Positions 41,758 to 50,763 are shown, counted from the stretch's first letter. The stretch: DNA of 64,000 nucleotides from Myxococcales bacterium (GCA_047601445.1 JASGJH010000001.1:896001-960000); one strand, 5' to 3'. A program made the numbers and translations. Notes: a model not told the origin generated them from the letters alone.

Positions 41758-43305
41758 TCAGTCGAGCACGGCGGCGCGCTTCAGGCGGGCCATCGCCACG
41801 CGCGCATTGATGGCGGCGTTGGCGAGGGCCAAGCGGGCTTCGGTGACGCGGAGATCTTCCTGCAAGAGGTCGATCACCACGCCGGCGCCCACTCGGTACA
41901 TCGCGAGGCGCACGCGGTAGGCCTCCTCGGCCGCTTGCAACTGAGCCTGCGACGCTTTGGCGGCGGCGTCGGCTGCCTTGTAGTCCTCGTAGGCCTGCAC
42001 GACCTCGATGCGCACGGCGTCCTCGAGCGACATCACGTCGGCACGAGCGCGCGCGATCTCGGCGCTGGCGCGCTGGCTGCGCTGGTAGCCCGTGAGCGAT
42101 GCGTTGGGCGACCAGGACAGCGTGCCGCCGATCTCATAGCTGCTCCTGAAGTCGGTCTTGTTGAGCGGGATGTAGCGAGGGTTGGGCTGTGCATCGAGGA
42201 CGCTGCCATCGATGGAGATTTGAGGCATCGCGCTGCCGCGCTCGGCCTTCTTTTGGAGCTTGCCAGCGTCGACCAACTCGCGCAGAGCCTTGAGCTCGGG
42301 GCGTTCGGCGAGGCCGCGCCTCACGAGGTCGTCCGACGTGGCCGTGGGCGCGGGCGGCAAGTCCGCGACGGGCTCGCTGATGGTGGTGACGCTCTCGGCG
42401 GGTACACCCATCAGGGTGGCGAGACGGCTGCGGGATGTGGCCACGACTCCGTCCGCGCGCGCCAGCGCCGAGCGGGCGGCTTCGTAACGAGACACTGCGG
42501 TCATCAAGTCCACGGGGGCCGCCGTGCCCGCGTCGACGAACAACTGAATCTGATCGCGCTGCGCCTGGGCTTGCTTGAGCGACTGCTCGAACACCGCGCG
42601 GTTGGCCAGGGCCAGTACGTAGGCGTAGTAGGCTTCACGGGCGTTGAGCTCCACTCCGTCTGCCTGGCCTTCCACCTGGAACTTGCGGGCCTGCACGATG
42701 TTTTTGGACGCCTCGTAGGCGGGCCAGACGCGCAACAGCATGTCGATGACGGGCACCTTCAACGTCGCGCCGAGCGCATAGTTGTTGGCCGGGTACGTGA
42801 AGGCACCGGAGTCCGTGCCCGAGAACAACATCTTGATGCTGTCCGGGGTATCGGGTGGCAGCTGGAACGGGACGTTGTTGATGACGTTGATGCGCTTGTA
42901 CTGAAAGTACCCGTTGAGCTGCGGCATGAAGCCCGACCAGACCACCCGCGAGTCCCAGTACGCTTGGTCCGCGATGGCTTCGGAAACGGCGATCTGCGGG
43001 GCGCGCGCACGCGCCTTGGCGGCGGCTTCGTCGGAGGTGAGTCCCGAGCTCGAGATCACTGCACCGCGAAAATCGAACTCCGTAATCGGGGCATCCTGCG
43101 CGGTTACATCCGCGACTTCCTGGGCCGCAGGTCCGGGTGCTGGGTTGTCCGGTGGGCGATCCGGGGCGGGCAAGTTGACGGGCGGCGTGCCGCGCGGCGG
43201 GCTTTGTTGCGCCCCCGCGGTGCTAGACAACAAGGCCAGGGCCGATGCGACGGTCGCGCTCGCGACGGCGTGCGCGTGATGCTTGAAGGAGAAACTAGGT
43301 TTCAT
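41758..43305 (-). CDS. TolC family outer-membrane efflux protein
   Basis: Signal peptide; two OEP repeats (AYYAYV...DAGTAAPVDL; RPEL...YRVGAGVVIDLL). Confidence 0.88.
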   Translation of the reverse strand: MKPSFSFKHHAHAVASATVASALALLSSTAGAQQSPPRGTPPVNLPAPDRPPDNPAPGPAAQEVADVTAQDAPITEFDFRGAVISSSGLTSDEAAAKARARAPQIAVSEAIADQAYWDSRVVWSGFMPQLNGYFQYKRINVINNVPFQLPPDTPDSIKMLFSGTDSGAFTYPANNYALGATLKVPVIDMLLRVWPAYEASKNIVQARKFQVEGQADGVELNAREAYYAYVLALANRAVFEQSLKQAQAQRDQIQLFVDAGTAAPVDLMTAVSRYEAARSALARADGVVATSRSRLATLMGVPAESVTTISEPVADLPPAPTATSDDLVRRGLAERPELKALRELVDAGKLQKKAERGSAMPQISIDGSVLDAQPNPRYIPLNKTDFRSSYEIGGTLSWSPNASLTGYQRSQRASAEIARARADVMSLEDAVRIEVVQAYEDYKAADAAAKASQAQLQAAEEAYRVRLAMYRVGAGVVIDLLQEDLRVTEARLALANAAINARVAMARLKRAAVLD

Positions 43306-43341
43306 GGGCTCACGTGAAGGGCAGGCAAAGTTGAGCTCGGT

Positions 43342-43390
43342 TGGCCGGGCGGCCAGTGCGGAATTGGAGCTGCATGGGATGGGCGGTCAA
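43342..43390 (-). promoter_or_regulatory. Candidate tolC promoter with palindromic operator
   Basis: TGGCCG-GG-CGGCCA palindrome at 43342-43355; minus-strand TTGACC -35-like hexamer at 43385-43390; the -10 element is weak. Confidence 0.35.
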
Positions 43391-43470
43391 GCCGAATTAG
43401 CACTCCTGAGCGGGTGGGGCGTGTGCATCGTGCACGCAACTCGTCAGCAGCGAACGCCACAGGTGACCCC

Positions 43471-45294
43471 ATGACGATTCCGACGAACCAGGTCGAACCA
43501 GGTTTCGTTGCGGCGTGTGTCCACGCAGCTCTGTGTCCGGGCTGCCCTCTGATCCGTGACAGTTACGGAGAGCAGCTGGCGAAGAAATCGCGCTGGGTGA
43601 AGGACGCGATGGCTGCGTACGCAGATCTCGGTTCGCTCGAGGTGGCCGATACCAGGCCGGCCGAGCGCGCGGAAGGCTACCGCACGCGGGCCAAACTGGT
43701 GGCCAATGCGCGCGGACAGCTGGGACTGTATGCCCGGGGCACCCACGACCTGGTGGACCTACCGGAGTGTCGCGTGCTGCATCCCGTGCTGTCGGGCGTG
43801 GCCGCCGCGCTGCGTGCGTCGATCGCGGGGCAGCCTCTCGAGGGGGTCGACATGTCGCTGGTGGGCGGCCAAGTGATGATCACCCTGATTGCAGCCCACG
43901 ACGCCGAGCGCGGACCCTTGCTGGAGTTGGCCGCCCGGCTGCGCGCACGCGTACCACAGCTAGCCAGTGTCGCCATCAGTCGCCGCAAGCCGGGCGCGGT
44001 GCAGCTTCTGGGCACGCAACATGAAGTCGTGTCAGGGCCGCCAGAGTTACAGGCCAGCAGCCCCGGGGCCCACGTTTATCATTACGCGGCCCATGGAGCG
44101 TTCCAGCAAGTCCACGCCGAGACCGCCACGAGCATCTACGCCCGGGTTCTCGAGCGGGTGCGCGCCGACGCGCAGGCGACGACGCCGCGGGTACTCGAGC
44201 TGTACGCTGGTTCGGGGGCACTGTCGCTGGCCCTGGCGGCGCAAGGAGCGAGCGTCAAGGCGGTAGAGAGCTTCGCACCTGCCTGTGAGCGTCTGACGCG
44301 TGCTGCGCGGGAGCAGGCGCTGGACGTGAGCGTGGTCGCGGGTGATGCCGGAGCGGTCACGCGGGCATTGGCCGAGCAGGCCGAACGCTTCGACCTGGTG
44401 GTGGTCAATCCTCCGCGCCGTGGTTTGGATCTGGACGTGCGCACGGCGTTGGCTGCCCTCGCGCCGCACCATCTCGCCTACGTCTCCTGCAATCCGCTCA
44501 CGCTGGCGCGCGACCTGGCGCAGCTCGCGCGGGCGGGCCTGTCGGCAACGCGACTCGAGCCCTTCGACATGATGCCGCTCACCGACCAGGTCGAGACGTT
44601 CGCCTGGATGTCGAGGGCTCCCGCGCCGCCGCCCCGCGTGCTGTGGGCCGAGGGGGAGCTGTTCGCTGTGGATCAGGCCGCCCACGAGTCGGCCTCGGAG
44701 GCGGGCGTAGGTTCGCTCTGGAGCCGAGTGCGTCGCCTGGCCGGCTATGCCGAGGCGGTGCCGATGTTCGACATCGACCCCAACCTTAGCGGTGTGTGCC
44801 TGTTCGCGACCTCGGCCCGGGCAGCCGAGGCGATCCGTCCGCGTCTGCGCCGAGTGGAGGAGGTCTATTGGGCGCTGGCCAAGGGCGTGGTGCACAAGCG
44901 CGGCAAGATCGAGCGCCCGCTCGCGGGGCGCAAGCGCGCGAACGCGGTGTGCACCCGCTACGAGCGCCTCGAAGTTCGAAGCGGCCATAGCCTGGTGCGA
45001 GCCGAGCGCGAGTGGGTGGGCTCGTCGGGCGAGTGGCACGCGTCGGGACCGCGCTCGGCCCAGGTGCGCGAGCACTTGGCCATGATTGGCCATCCGGTCA
45101 TCGGCGACACCCGGCGCGCTGATAGGGCCACCAGCCGACACTTCGAGATGCGCCACGGTCTCGACCGACCGTTCCTGCATTGCCAGGTTGTGCGGTTCGA
45201 GCTGGACGGGACGTCGTGCGAAGTGGAGTCGCCGCTGCCGCCAGATCTAAGTCAGGTCCTGCGTAGTCTGCAGACTCGCTTGCCGCCTGCGTGA
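43471..45294 (+). CDS. RlmD/TrmA-type RNA m5U methyltransferase fused to a degenerate RluA-type pseudouridine synthase domain
   Basis: CVHAALCPGC..LPEC Fe-S cluster motif, LELYAGSG, NPPRRG and YVSCNP.TLARD; C-terminal part has QVREHLAMIGHPVIGD, RPFLH and SPLPPDL. Confidence 0.82.
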   Translation: MTIPTNQVEPGFVAACVHAALCPGCPLIRDSYGEQLAKKSRWVKDAMAAYADLGSLEVADTRPAERAEGYRTRAKLVANARGQLGLYARGTHDLVDLPECRVLHPVLSGVAAALRASIAGQPLEGVDMSLVGGQVMITLIAAHDAERGPLLELAARLRARVPQLASVAISRRKPGAVQLLGTQHEVVSGPPELQASSPGAHVYHYAAHGAFQQVHAETATSIYARVLERVRADAQATTPRVLELYAGSGALSLALAAQGASVKAVESFAPACERLTRAAREQALDVSVVAGDAGAVTRALAEQAERFDLVVVNPPRRGLDLDVRTALAALAPHHLAYVSCNPLTLARDLAQLARAGLSATRLEPFDMMPLTDQVETFAWMSRAPAPPPRVLWAEGELFAVDQAAHESASEAGVGSLWSRVRRLAGYAEAVPMFDIDPNLSGVCLFATSARAAEAIRPRLRRVEEVYWALAKGVVHKRGKIERPLAGRKRANAVCTRYERLEVRSGHSLVRAEREWVGSSGEWHASGPRSAQVREHLAMIGHPVIGDTRRADRATSRHFEMRHGLDRPFLHCQVVRFELDGTSCEVESPLPPDLSQVLRSLQTRLPPA

Positions 45295-45921
45295 TCAGCG
45301 CGGACGCAGACCATCGATGAAGACCTTGACGGTGGCCCGCAGGTAGCGCTCGTCGCAGGTGTTGTCGGGCAAATCATGGAGGACACTCGCCTGCATGATG
45401 GCACGCTCGCTGAACCAACCGCGTACCAGCGCGAAGAACTGAGCGAGTACGTACTCGGGCTCGACGTCCTTGCGCATGCTGCCCTGTTCCTGCGCGCGCC
45501 GCAGCGTATCCACGCCGGCACAGGAGAGTGCCTGGCTCATGGAGGCGCACTGGGCGTCATTCTCGATGACCATCCAGTTCCACAGCCGCATCACGTCCGG
45601 ATTCGACTGCAAAAAGCGGAAGTACACGACGAAGGAGTCTTCCACCAGCGAGAGATCCGGAGCGCGCTGGCTCAGCATTTCCTGCTGCTGGCGCTGATAG
45701 TCTTCCATCACAACGTCGCGGACTGCGTCCCACAACTCGCGCTTACTGCCGAAGTGATGGTGGATCAGACTTTTGGTGACGCCTGCTTGCTTGGCGACCG
45801 TAGCCATCGATGTGGTCGCGAAACCATGTTCCACGAACAGCGCCTGAGCCGCGCGCAGAATGGCGCTGCGCGTGCGGTCGCCATCGATCTTCGGAGTGTT
45901 GAGCGGGGTGGCATCCAGCAT
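45295..45921 (-). CDS. TetR/AcrR family transcriptional regulator
   Basis: TRSAILRAAQALFVEHGFATTSMATVAKQAGVTKSLIHHHFGSKRELW helix-turn-helix. Confidence 0.95.
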   Translation of the reverse strand: MLDATPLNTPKIDGDRTRSAILRAAQALFVEHGFATTSMATVAKQAGVTKSLIHHHFGSKRELWDAVRDVVMEDYQRQQQEMLSQRAPDLSLVEDSFVVYFRFLQSNPDVMRLWNWMVIENDAQCASMSQALSCAGVDTLRRAQEQGSMRKDVEPEYVLAQFFALVRGWFSERAIMQASVLHDLPDNTCDERYLRATVKVFIDGLRPR

Positions 45922-45926
45922 AGGGA

Positions 45927-45974
45927 AGACCGAACGGTCTGGGCCAAACTAGCTGGTGTGCGCCGGCGCTGCAA
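45927..45974 (-). promoter_or_regulatory. Sigma70-type promoter and operator of tetR
   Basis: Minus strand TTGCAG-N17-TAGTTT (45974-45946), followed by perfect palindrome AGACCG-NN-CGGTCT (45927-45940) just before the ATG. Confidence 0.6.
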
Positions 45975-46013
45975 GTCCGGTTGCTCACAAGTTTGCCGTG
46001 ATTCCAATCGGTT

Positions 46014-46775
46014 TCAGGAAGTACGGCCGCCCTTGAGGGCCTTGGTTTTCTTGCGTGGGAGCGCTTTTTCTTCCGGAGGTGCAGGAAGTTCGGGCAGTGC
46101 GAGCAGGCTGGCTAGCTCCTCCAGCCGATTGAGCTGCACCGTCAGGAAGAAGGGAGACACCTCACGCATACGGTCCAGTGTATTACTGGCGATGCGCAGC
46201 GGATTGTATGGACCGGCATCCTCCGGCACCACGTCGGTGGCTCGCGCCAACGCGAAGGAGGCCACCAGCGCGGCCACGGAGTCTTCGTACACGACGGCGC
46301 GCTGCTTTCGCAGGCTTCGCGGGGGAAGTTGGCTGTTTCGGCCGCGCGGAGGCGGTAGCGAGTCTGGCTTGGGCGCGGGCGAGGCTACCGTCTCGTAGGA
46401 GGTCGCCTGCGGGCGAGACACGGGCTGCACCGCGATTCTTCGGAGCGTGCGTGCGACTCGCACCACATCTCCTCGTTGCAACAAGTTTTGCAGACGCTCA
46501 GCGGTGTCAGGATCGGTCTGCACATGCTCGAGACGCTCGCGCACGCGGGCGGTGTCGCGATCGAAGCGCGCGCTCAGGGAGCTCAGGTGGGACTCCGCGC
46601 GTGCCACCAGGATCGCACCGACCCCACCTCCGAGCTCCTCGGCCCGGGTCAGCAAGGCGCGCACGCAATCGCAGGCGGGCGCGTCGTAGCCTCGGGCTCC
46701 CTTGGCCTCGAGGGCATCCAGGGCGCGCTCGACGTCTTCGCCGTTGGTGGGCGCGGTGGGGACCGGCTCGCTCAG
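46014..46775 (-). CDS. DUF2894-like protein, Zorya type III accessory component; probable CTG start
   Basis: VPEDAGPYNPLRIASNTLDRMREVSPFFL resembles the DUF2894 GPLNS..L..M..LSP.YL motif; AAGGAG lies 6 nt before a CTG that overlaps the zorB TGA; first canonical start is GTG 46664. Confidence 0.72.
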   Translation of the reverse strand: MSEPVPTAPTNGEDVERALDALEAKGARGYDAPACDCVRALLTRAEELGGGVGAILVARAESHLSSLSARFDRDTARVRERLEHVQTDPDTAERLQNLLQRGDVVRVARTLRRIAVQPVSRPQATSYETVASPAPKPDSLPPPRGRNSQLPPRSLRKQRAVVYEDSVAALVASFALARATDVVPEDAGPYNPLRIASNTLDRMREVSPFFLTVQLNRLEELASLLALPELPAPPEEKALPRKKTKALKGGRTS

Positions 46776-47476
46776 GGGGCGCTCCTTACTCCAGGGGTCG
46801 AGGCAGGTGCGGAGGCGGGTTCGCCTTGAGCGGTCTCGGCGTGGCGGAAGGCGAAGGGGCGCGGACGCGGGACGGGAGCCATCTCCACGCGACGGTTGCG
46901 AGCACGGTTCTCGTCGCTGTCGTTGGTGGCCACGGGATGATTCTGGCCAAAGCCCGCCGCGAACAAGGCATCTTCGGGCACGCCGGCCTCGGCCAAGGCG
47001 CGCACCACGGTGAGCGAACGCTGCGCGCTGAGCTCCCAGTTGTCGCGATAGGTGCGCAGCACCCCTCGCATGGGTAGGTCGTCGGTGAAGCCACTGACCA
47101 TCAACGACTCGTCGCGCGTGGCGAGGTAGGCGCCGAGGGGGCCAGCCATTTCGGTGAGCAGGGCGCGTCCGCTGCTGCGTAGCTCAGCCGAATTCAGGTC
47201 GAACAGCACGCTGCCCCGAATCCCGATGCGACCATCCACGAAGGTGATGAGTCCGGCCCGCAGCGGGCCCGCGAGGGCGCTCTCGAGCACGGTAAGGCGC
47301 GCCGTGGCCGCTTCGCGCTCCGAGCGTTCAGCCTGGAGGTCGCTGGCCATGCTGACCTCGAAGCTCACGATCCAGACGAAGAACAGCACGAAGACCCCGA
47401 GCAAGCAGGCCATCAGATCGCCGAAGGCTGCCCACACCGGGAGCGCGCCCGCTTGCTCTTCGTCAGGCGGATACAT
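46772..47476 (-). CDS. zorB: ZorB / MotB-like stator subunit with OmpA-like peptidoglycan-binding domain
   Basis: VWAAFGDLMACL TM with conserved Asp; VLFDLNS, VSGFTDD, NWELSAQRS and RARNRRVE motifs. Confidence 0.82.
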   Translation of the reverse strand: MYPPDEEQAGALPVWAAFGDLMACLLGVFVLFFVWIVSFEVSMASDLQAERSEREAATARLTVLESALAGPLRAGLITFVDGRIGIRGSVLFDLNSAELRSSGRALLTEMAGPLGAYLATRDESLMVSGFTDDLPMRGVLRTYRDNWELSAQRSLTVVRALAEAGVPEDALFAAGFGQNHPVATNDSDENRARNRRVEMAPVPRPRPFAFRHAETAQGEPASAPASTPGVRSAP

Positions 47477-49772
47477 CGTGCTCTCCCTTGGGGGCCGCGG
47501 GCGGGATGCTCGCACCGCGCAGCGTCCTCAGCTGCTCGAACAGCTCGCGCTGGAACTGGAGCTGGCGCGCAAACACCTCCTGCGTGGAGGCCAGCTGATC
47601 TCCCAGGGCGTCGGCGGCCGCGCCGCGACCCGCGCGCTCGACGGCGCCTTCGAGCTCGCCCAGGCTCTCCATCCAGGCTTGGGCCGCCTCGCGCTGGCGC
47701 TCCACGCTCTGGTGGAACAGCCCCGCGACGGCGCCCATTTCGACGCTCGATGCCCGCAGCACGGTGGCCGCTTCCTGCACCAGGGCGGTGGTGGCCTCGA
47801 GGCCCTTGCTGAGCTTCTCGGCGTGGCCCGTGAGCTCGCCGGCCAGTGAGTTCGCGTGTTGGGTCTGCGTGCCCTGCAAGAGGGTCTCGAGTTGCACGAA
47901 GCGGGACGCATGGTCCTCCCCCAGCTGCATCACGCGCAGCGCGTGCTCCTCGCCCTCGCGCACCAGCTGCTCGAGGATCTTTTGGGTGTTTGCCTGGACC
48001 GTGCTGTCGGCGGTCGCCGCGCGCTGAGCTTGTTCCTCGCCCAGCTTCACCAGCGTCGCCAGGGCCTCGCGAGCCGCTTCACGCGCGGAGGTCTCGCCCT
48101 CCACGGCGCGCTGCGCCTGTGCCTCGCCCAGCTTGACCAGGGCCGAAAGCGCCTCGCGGGCTGCCTCGCGCGCAGAGGCTTCGCTCTCCACGGCGCGCTG
48201 GGTCTGCTGTTCGCCGAGCTCCACCAGGGCCGTCAGGGCCTCGCGGGCGCCGTCCTGGGCGCTCTTGCCGAGCGCTTCCATTTGCTGCGTGCTGCGGCTC
48301 AGCAGCTCCTGCACCGTGTGGTCCTGCTTGTCGACGAGCTCCTGCAATCCCTGGGCGCCGCGACGCAGCGTGTCCAGGGAGCGCTCCACGCCCTCTGCCA
48401 GCGCGCGGTCGCGCTCGGCGCGCGTGCTCACGTCGCTTCCGATGCTCTCTACGAGCTGCGCGAGGTCCGCCTGGATGCGGTCCACCAGCTCGCTCCAACG
48501 GCTTGCCAGCGCCTCCTCGCGCTGTTCGCTGCGCTCGGACAAGCGCTCGCCCAGGATCGACAGCGCGTCCAGCTCTCGCTGGCCCTGCAGCGAGCGTTCG
48601 CTGGCCGCGGCATCGAGCTTGCCGGTCAGGTCGCTCAGCAGGCGCCCTGCCTCGCGGCGACGCTCCTGGGCTTCGTGATCGAGCTGGCTGGCCAGGCTCT
48701 GTGCGGCGCCCGCCAGGGTCGCGAGCTGGGCCTGTGCCTGCTCGCGGGTGGTCGCGAGCTCTTCGCGTAGCTGCGTGCGCATGCCGGCGTCGGCATCGCG
48801 ACGGGCGGCGAGGTCGCGATCCAGGGCCTCTCGGGTCGAGGCCATCTGCTTCGTCAGGGCGTCGCCGGTCTGGGCCACCACCTGCTTGAGCATCGGCGTG
48901 ACACTCTCGGAGAGCACACGTCCGGCGTCAGCCGAGCTGCGCGCGAGCTCCGTGCGCATGCGCTCCATCAGCTCCTGGGCAGACTTCTGTTGAGCCTCGA
49001 GCGTGGCCCGGTGCGCACTCTCCCAACGCTCGGCCAGCTGGCCGAGATGCACGCTCGCTTGCTCCAACGAGACCGCGGCCTTCGGCAGGGACTCGCCCTG
49101 TTGCGCCAGCTGCTGGAAGGAATCGAGCTGGCGACGCATGGGCGACAGCTCGCGCAGCGGACCTGTGGCGTAGCTCTGAGCCCGGGCCCAGGCCGCTGCC
49201 TCGGCGCGCCGCACGAAGACGGCTGCCAACCCCAACATCGCCGAAGCGCTTACGCCCGCCGCCGAGCAGCCGAAGCTGCGCGTCAGGCCGCGCATGGGAC
49301 CCGACAGCCCGCTGCGCAGAGCGTTCACGTCCGCGCTCGCCGTGAGCGCCTGGCCCGCCCCGTGGAGCGTCTCGAACAGACCGAGCAAGGTGCCCAGCAA
49401 TCCGAGCATCACCATGAAGCCCACCAAGTACGGCGTCAGGTTCTCGCCCAGCGCGGGCGCCGGCGCGTGCTCGATGCGCGCGCGCAGGAAGGCACGCAGC
49501 GGAGCGCTGGCCTTGTCGAGCACGGACTCGCTGGCCTTGCGGGGAAGGGCGTCCACCTCGCGCCCGAGGGCGAACGCGCGGCGATGGCGCAGCCATAGTT
49601 CCGCGACGCCAGCTCCGAAGCCGACCCCCATGATGCCCACGATCAGCGAAGCCACCGGGTCCTGCGCCAGGTAAACACCGAGCGCGCGCAGGATCACGCC
49701 TGCTCCGACGGCGGCTGGCAGCAGCAACGCCACCTGGCTCAAGCGCTCGCTCATGGGTTGCTTCGTGTTCAT
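47463..49772 (-). CDS. zorA: ZorA-like (DUF802-type) MotA/TolQ-fold membrane protein with long helical cytoplasmic tail
   Basis: N-terminal TMs, LTPYLVGFMVMLGLLGTLLGL and GLTRSFGCSAAGVSASAMLGL; more than 500 aa of coiled-coil-like tail; ATGA overlap and GGAGG RBS. Confidence 0.8.
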   Translation of the reverse strand: MNTKQPMSERLSQVALLLPAAVGAGVILRALGVYLAQDPVASLIVGIMGVGFGAGVAELWLRHRRAFALGREVDALPRKASESVLDKASAPLRAFLRARIEHAPAPALGENLTPYLVGFMVMLGLLGTLLGLFETLHGAGQALTASADVNALRSGLSGPMRGLTRSFGCSAAGVSASAMLGLAAVFVRRAEAAAWARAQSYATGPLRELSPMRRQLDSFQQLAQQGESLPKAAVSLEQASVHLGQLAERWESAHRATLEAQQKSAQELMERMRTELARSSADAGRVLSESVTPMLKQVVAQTGDALTKQMASTREALDRDLAARRDADAGMRTQLREELATTREQAQAQLATLAGAAQSLASQLDHEAQERRREAGRLLSDLTGKLDAAASERSLQGQRELDALSILGERLSERSEQREEALASRWSELVDRIQADLAQLVESIGSDVSTRAERDRALAEGVERSLDTLRRGAQGLQELVDKQDHTVQELLSRSTQQMEALGKSAQDGAREALTALVELGEQQTQRAVESEASAREAAREALSALVKLGEAQAQRAVEGETSAREAAREALATLVKLGEEQAQRAATADSTVQANTQKILEQLVREGEEHALRVMQLGEDHASRFVQLETLLQGTQTQHANSLAGELTGHAEKLSKGLEATTALVQEAATVLRASSVEMGAVAGLFHQSVERQREAAQAWMESLGELEGAVERAGRGAAADALGDQLASTQEVFARQLQFQRELFEQLRTLRGASIPPAAPKGEHDVSA
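47913..48260 (-). repeat. 87-nt (29-aa) intragenic tandem repeat in the ZorA tail
   Basis: AQDGAREALTALVELGEQQTQRAVESEAS / AREAAREALSALVKLGEAQAQRAVEGETS / AREAAREALATLVKLGEEQAQRAATADST plus a degenerate fourth unit. Confidence 0.85.
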
Positions 49773-50701
49773 GTGTCCTCCCCGTGTGTCGCCGCGCGCA
49801 AGAGCCCCTCGAGGCCGCGCCTCATGTGGCCGAACAGCGCCTTGGTCATGCGAATGCAGCGTTCTCGATAGCGTCCGAGCCAGCCGTTTTCCTCGGACCA
49901 CTCCGCCAGCTCGGTCTCCCCGAACTCTGCTGGCAGCTCCATCAAAGCGTGGGTGCAGGCACGCTCGAAGGTGAGCTGCGCCGCGTACTCCATGCGGTCG
50001 AGCAGCTCGCCCATCTTGCCTTGCATGGCGCGCGTGAGCGCGGCGTCGATGCGCTCCAGGCGATCGGCCGTGGGGCCCAGGGCGCGGATGTCATGGGCGA
50101 TCTCCCAGCGCAGCGTGGCGATGTGCGACTGGGCCTGGCGCAGGCTGGTGCCGAGGGCCGATGCGAAGGGCAGGCCGAGCTCGTCGACCAGCGCCTTGAA
50201 CGCCTGGGGGCGTGCGCCGGGTTCCAGGCACGGGCTTGGCCCTGCTGTTCCTTCGCTGCCCGCGCTCGCCATCGTGGCGGCGCTGTCATCGCCCGGCTCG
50301 CCACGAGGCTCCGCGCTGCGCTCCGCCGTCGCCGGGGCCGACACGAACCCGTGCCGACGCAGGGCGTCCAGATACTCGTGGGGCGCGAGCAGCGTGGGGG
50401 CGCGCCGGCCCGACAGTGGCTTGAGGGCCATCGGTTCGAGCGCGTCGAGGCGCGCCCGTACGTCTTCCAGCAGGCGCTCACCGAGCGCCGTGCTCTGGGG
50501 ATGGGGCTCGCCTTGCGGCAGCGGCTCGGCCAGCAGTTCAGCCAGCGCCACGCTACCCGGGAAGTCCATCAACGACGCGAGGACCTCGGCTGGGTTTTGA
50601 GAGACCGGGCGGTCCTCGAGTTCGATGCCGGTCGAGACCGTGGGCGCCTGAATGAGCGCGGTCCCGAAGGAACCCCGCGGAGCGAGCCTATCCTCGTTCA
50701 T
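49769..50701 (-). CDS. DUF3348-like protein, Zorya type III accessory component
   Basis: AEVLASLMDFPGSVALAELL, LRWEIAHDIRALGPTADRLERIDAAL and WLGRYRE...GLEGLLRA resemble DUF3348; first gene of the coupled operon. Confidence 0.68.
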   Translation of the reverse strand: MNEDRLAPRGSFGTALIQAPTVSTGIELEDRPVSQNPAEVLASLMDFPGSVALAELLAEPLPQGEPHPQSTALGERLLEDVRARLDALEPMALKPLSGRRAPTLLAPHEYLDALRRHGFVSAPATAERSAEPRGEPGDDSAATMASAGSEGTAGPSPCLEPGARPQAFKALVDELGLPFASALGTSLRQAQSHIATLRWEIAHDIRALGPTADRLERIDAALTRAMQGKMGELLDRMEYAAQLTFERACTHALMELPAEFGETELAEWSEENGWLGRYRERCIRMTKALFGHMRRGLEGLLRAATHGEDT

Positions 50702-50763
50702 CGTCAGGCCATGCGAGTAACGGCCTGTTTCACGAAGGGCAAGAGGGGTTTTTCCCGCGCAGC

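Noticed and set aside
43397..43405. CIRCE element (TTAGCACTC)
   Set aside because: Only the left half-site is present; there is no GAGTGCTAA 9 nt downstream and no chaperone gene.
46772..49772. Flagellar MotAB or gliding AglRQS/ExbBD motor
   Set aside because: The A subunit has a tail of more than 500 aa, the pair is coupled to DUF3348- and DUF2894-like genes, and no flagellar or TonB/Glt genes are adjacent. This fits Zorya better.
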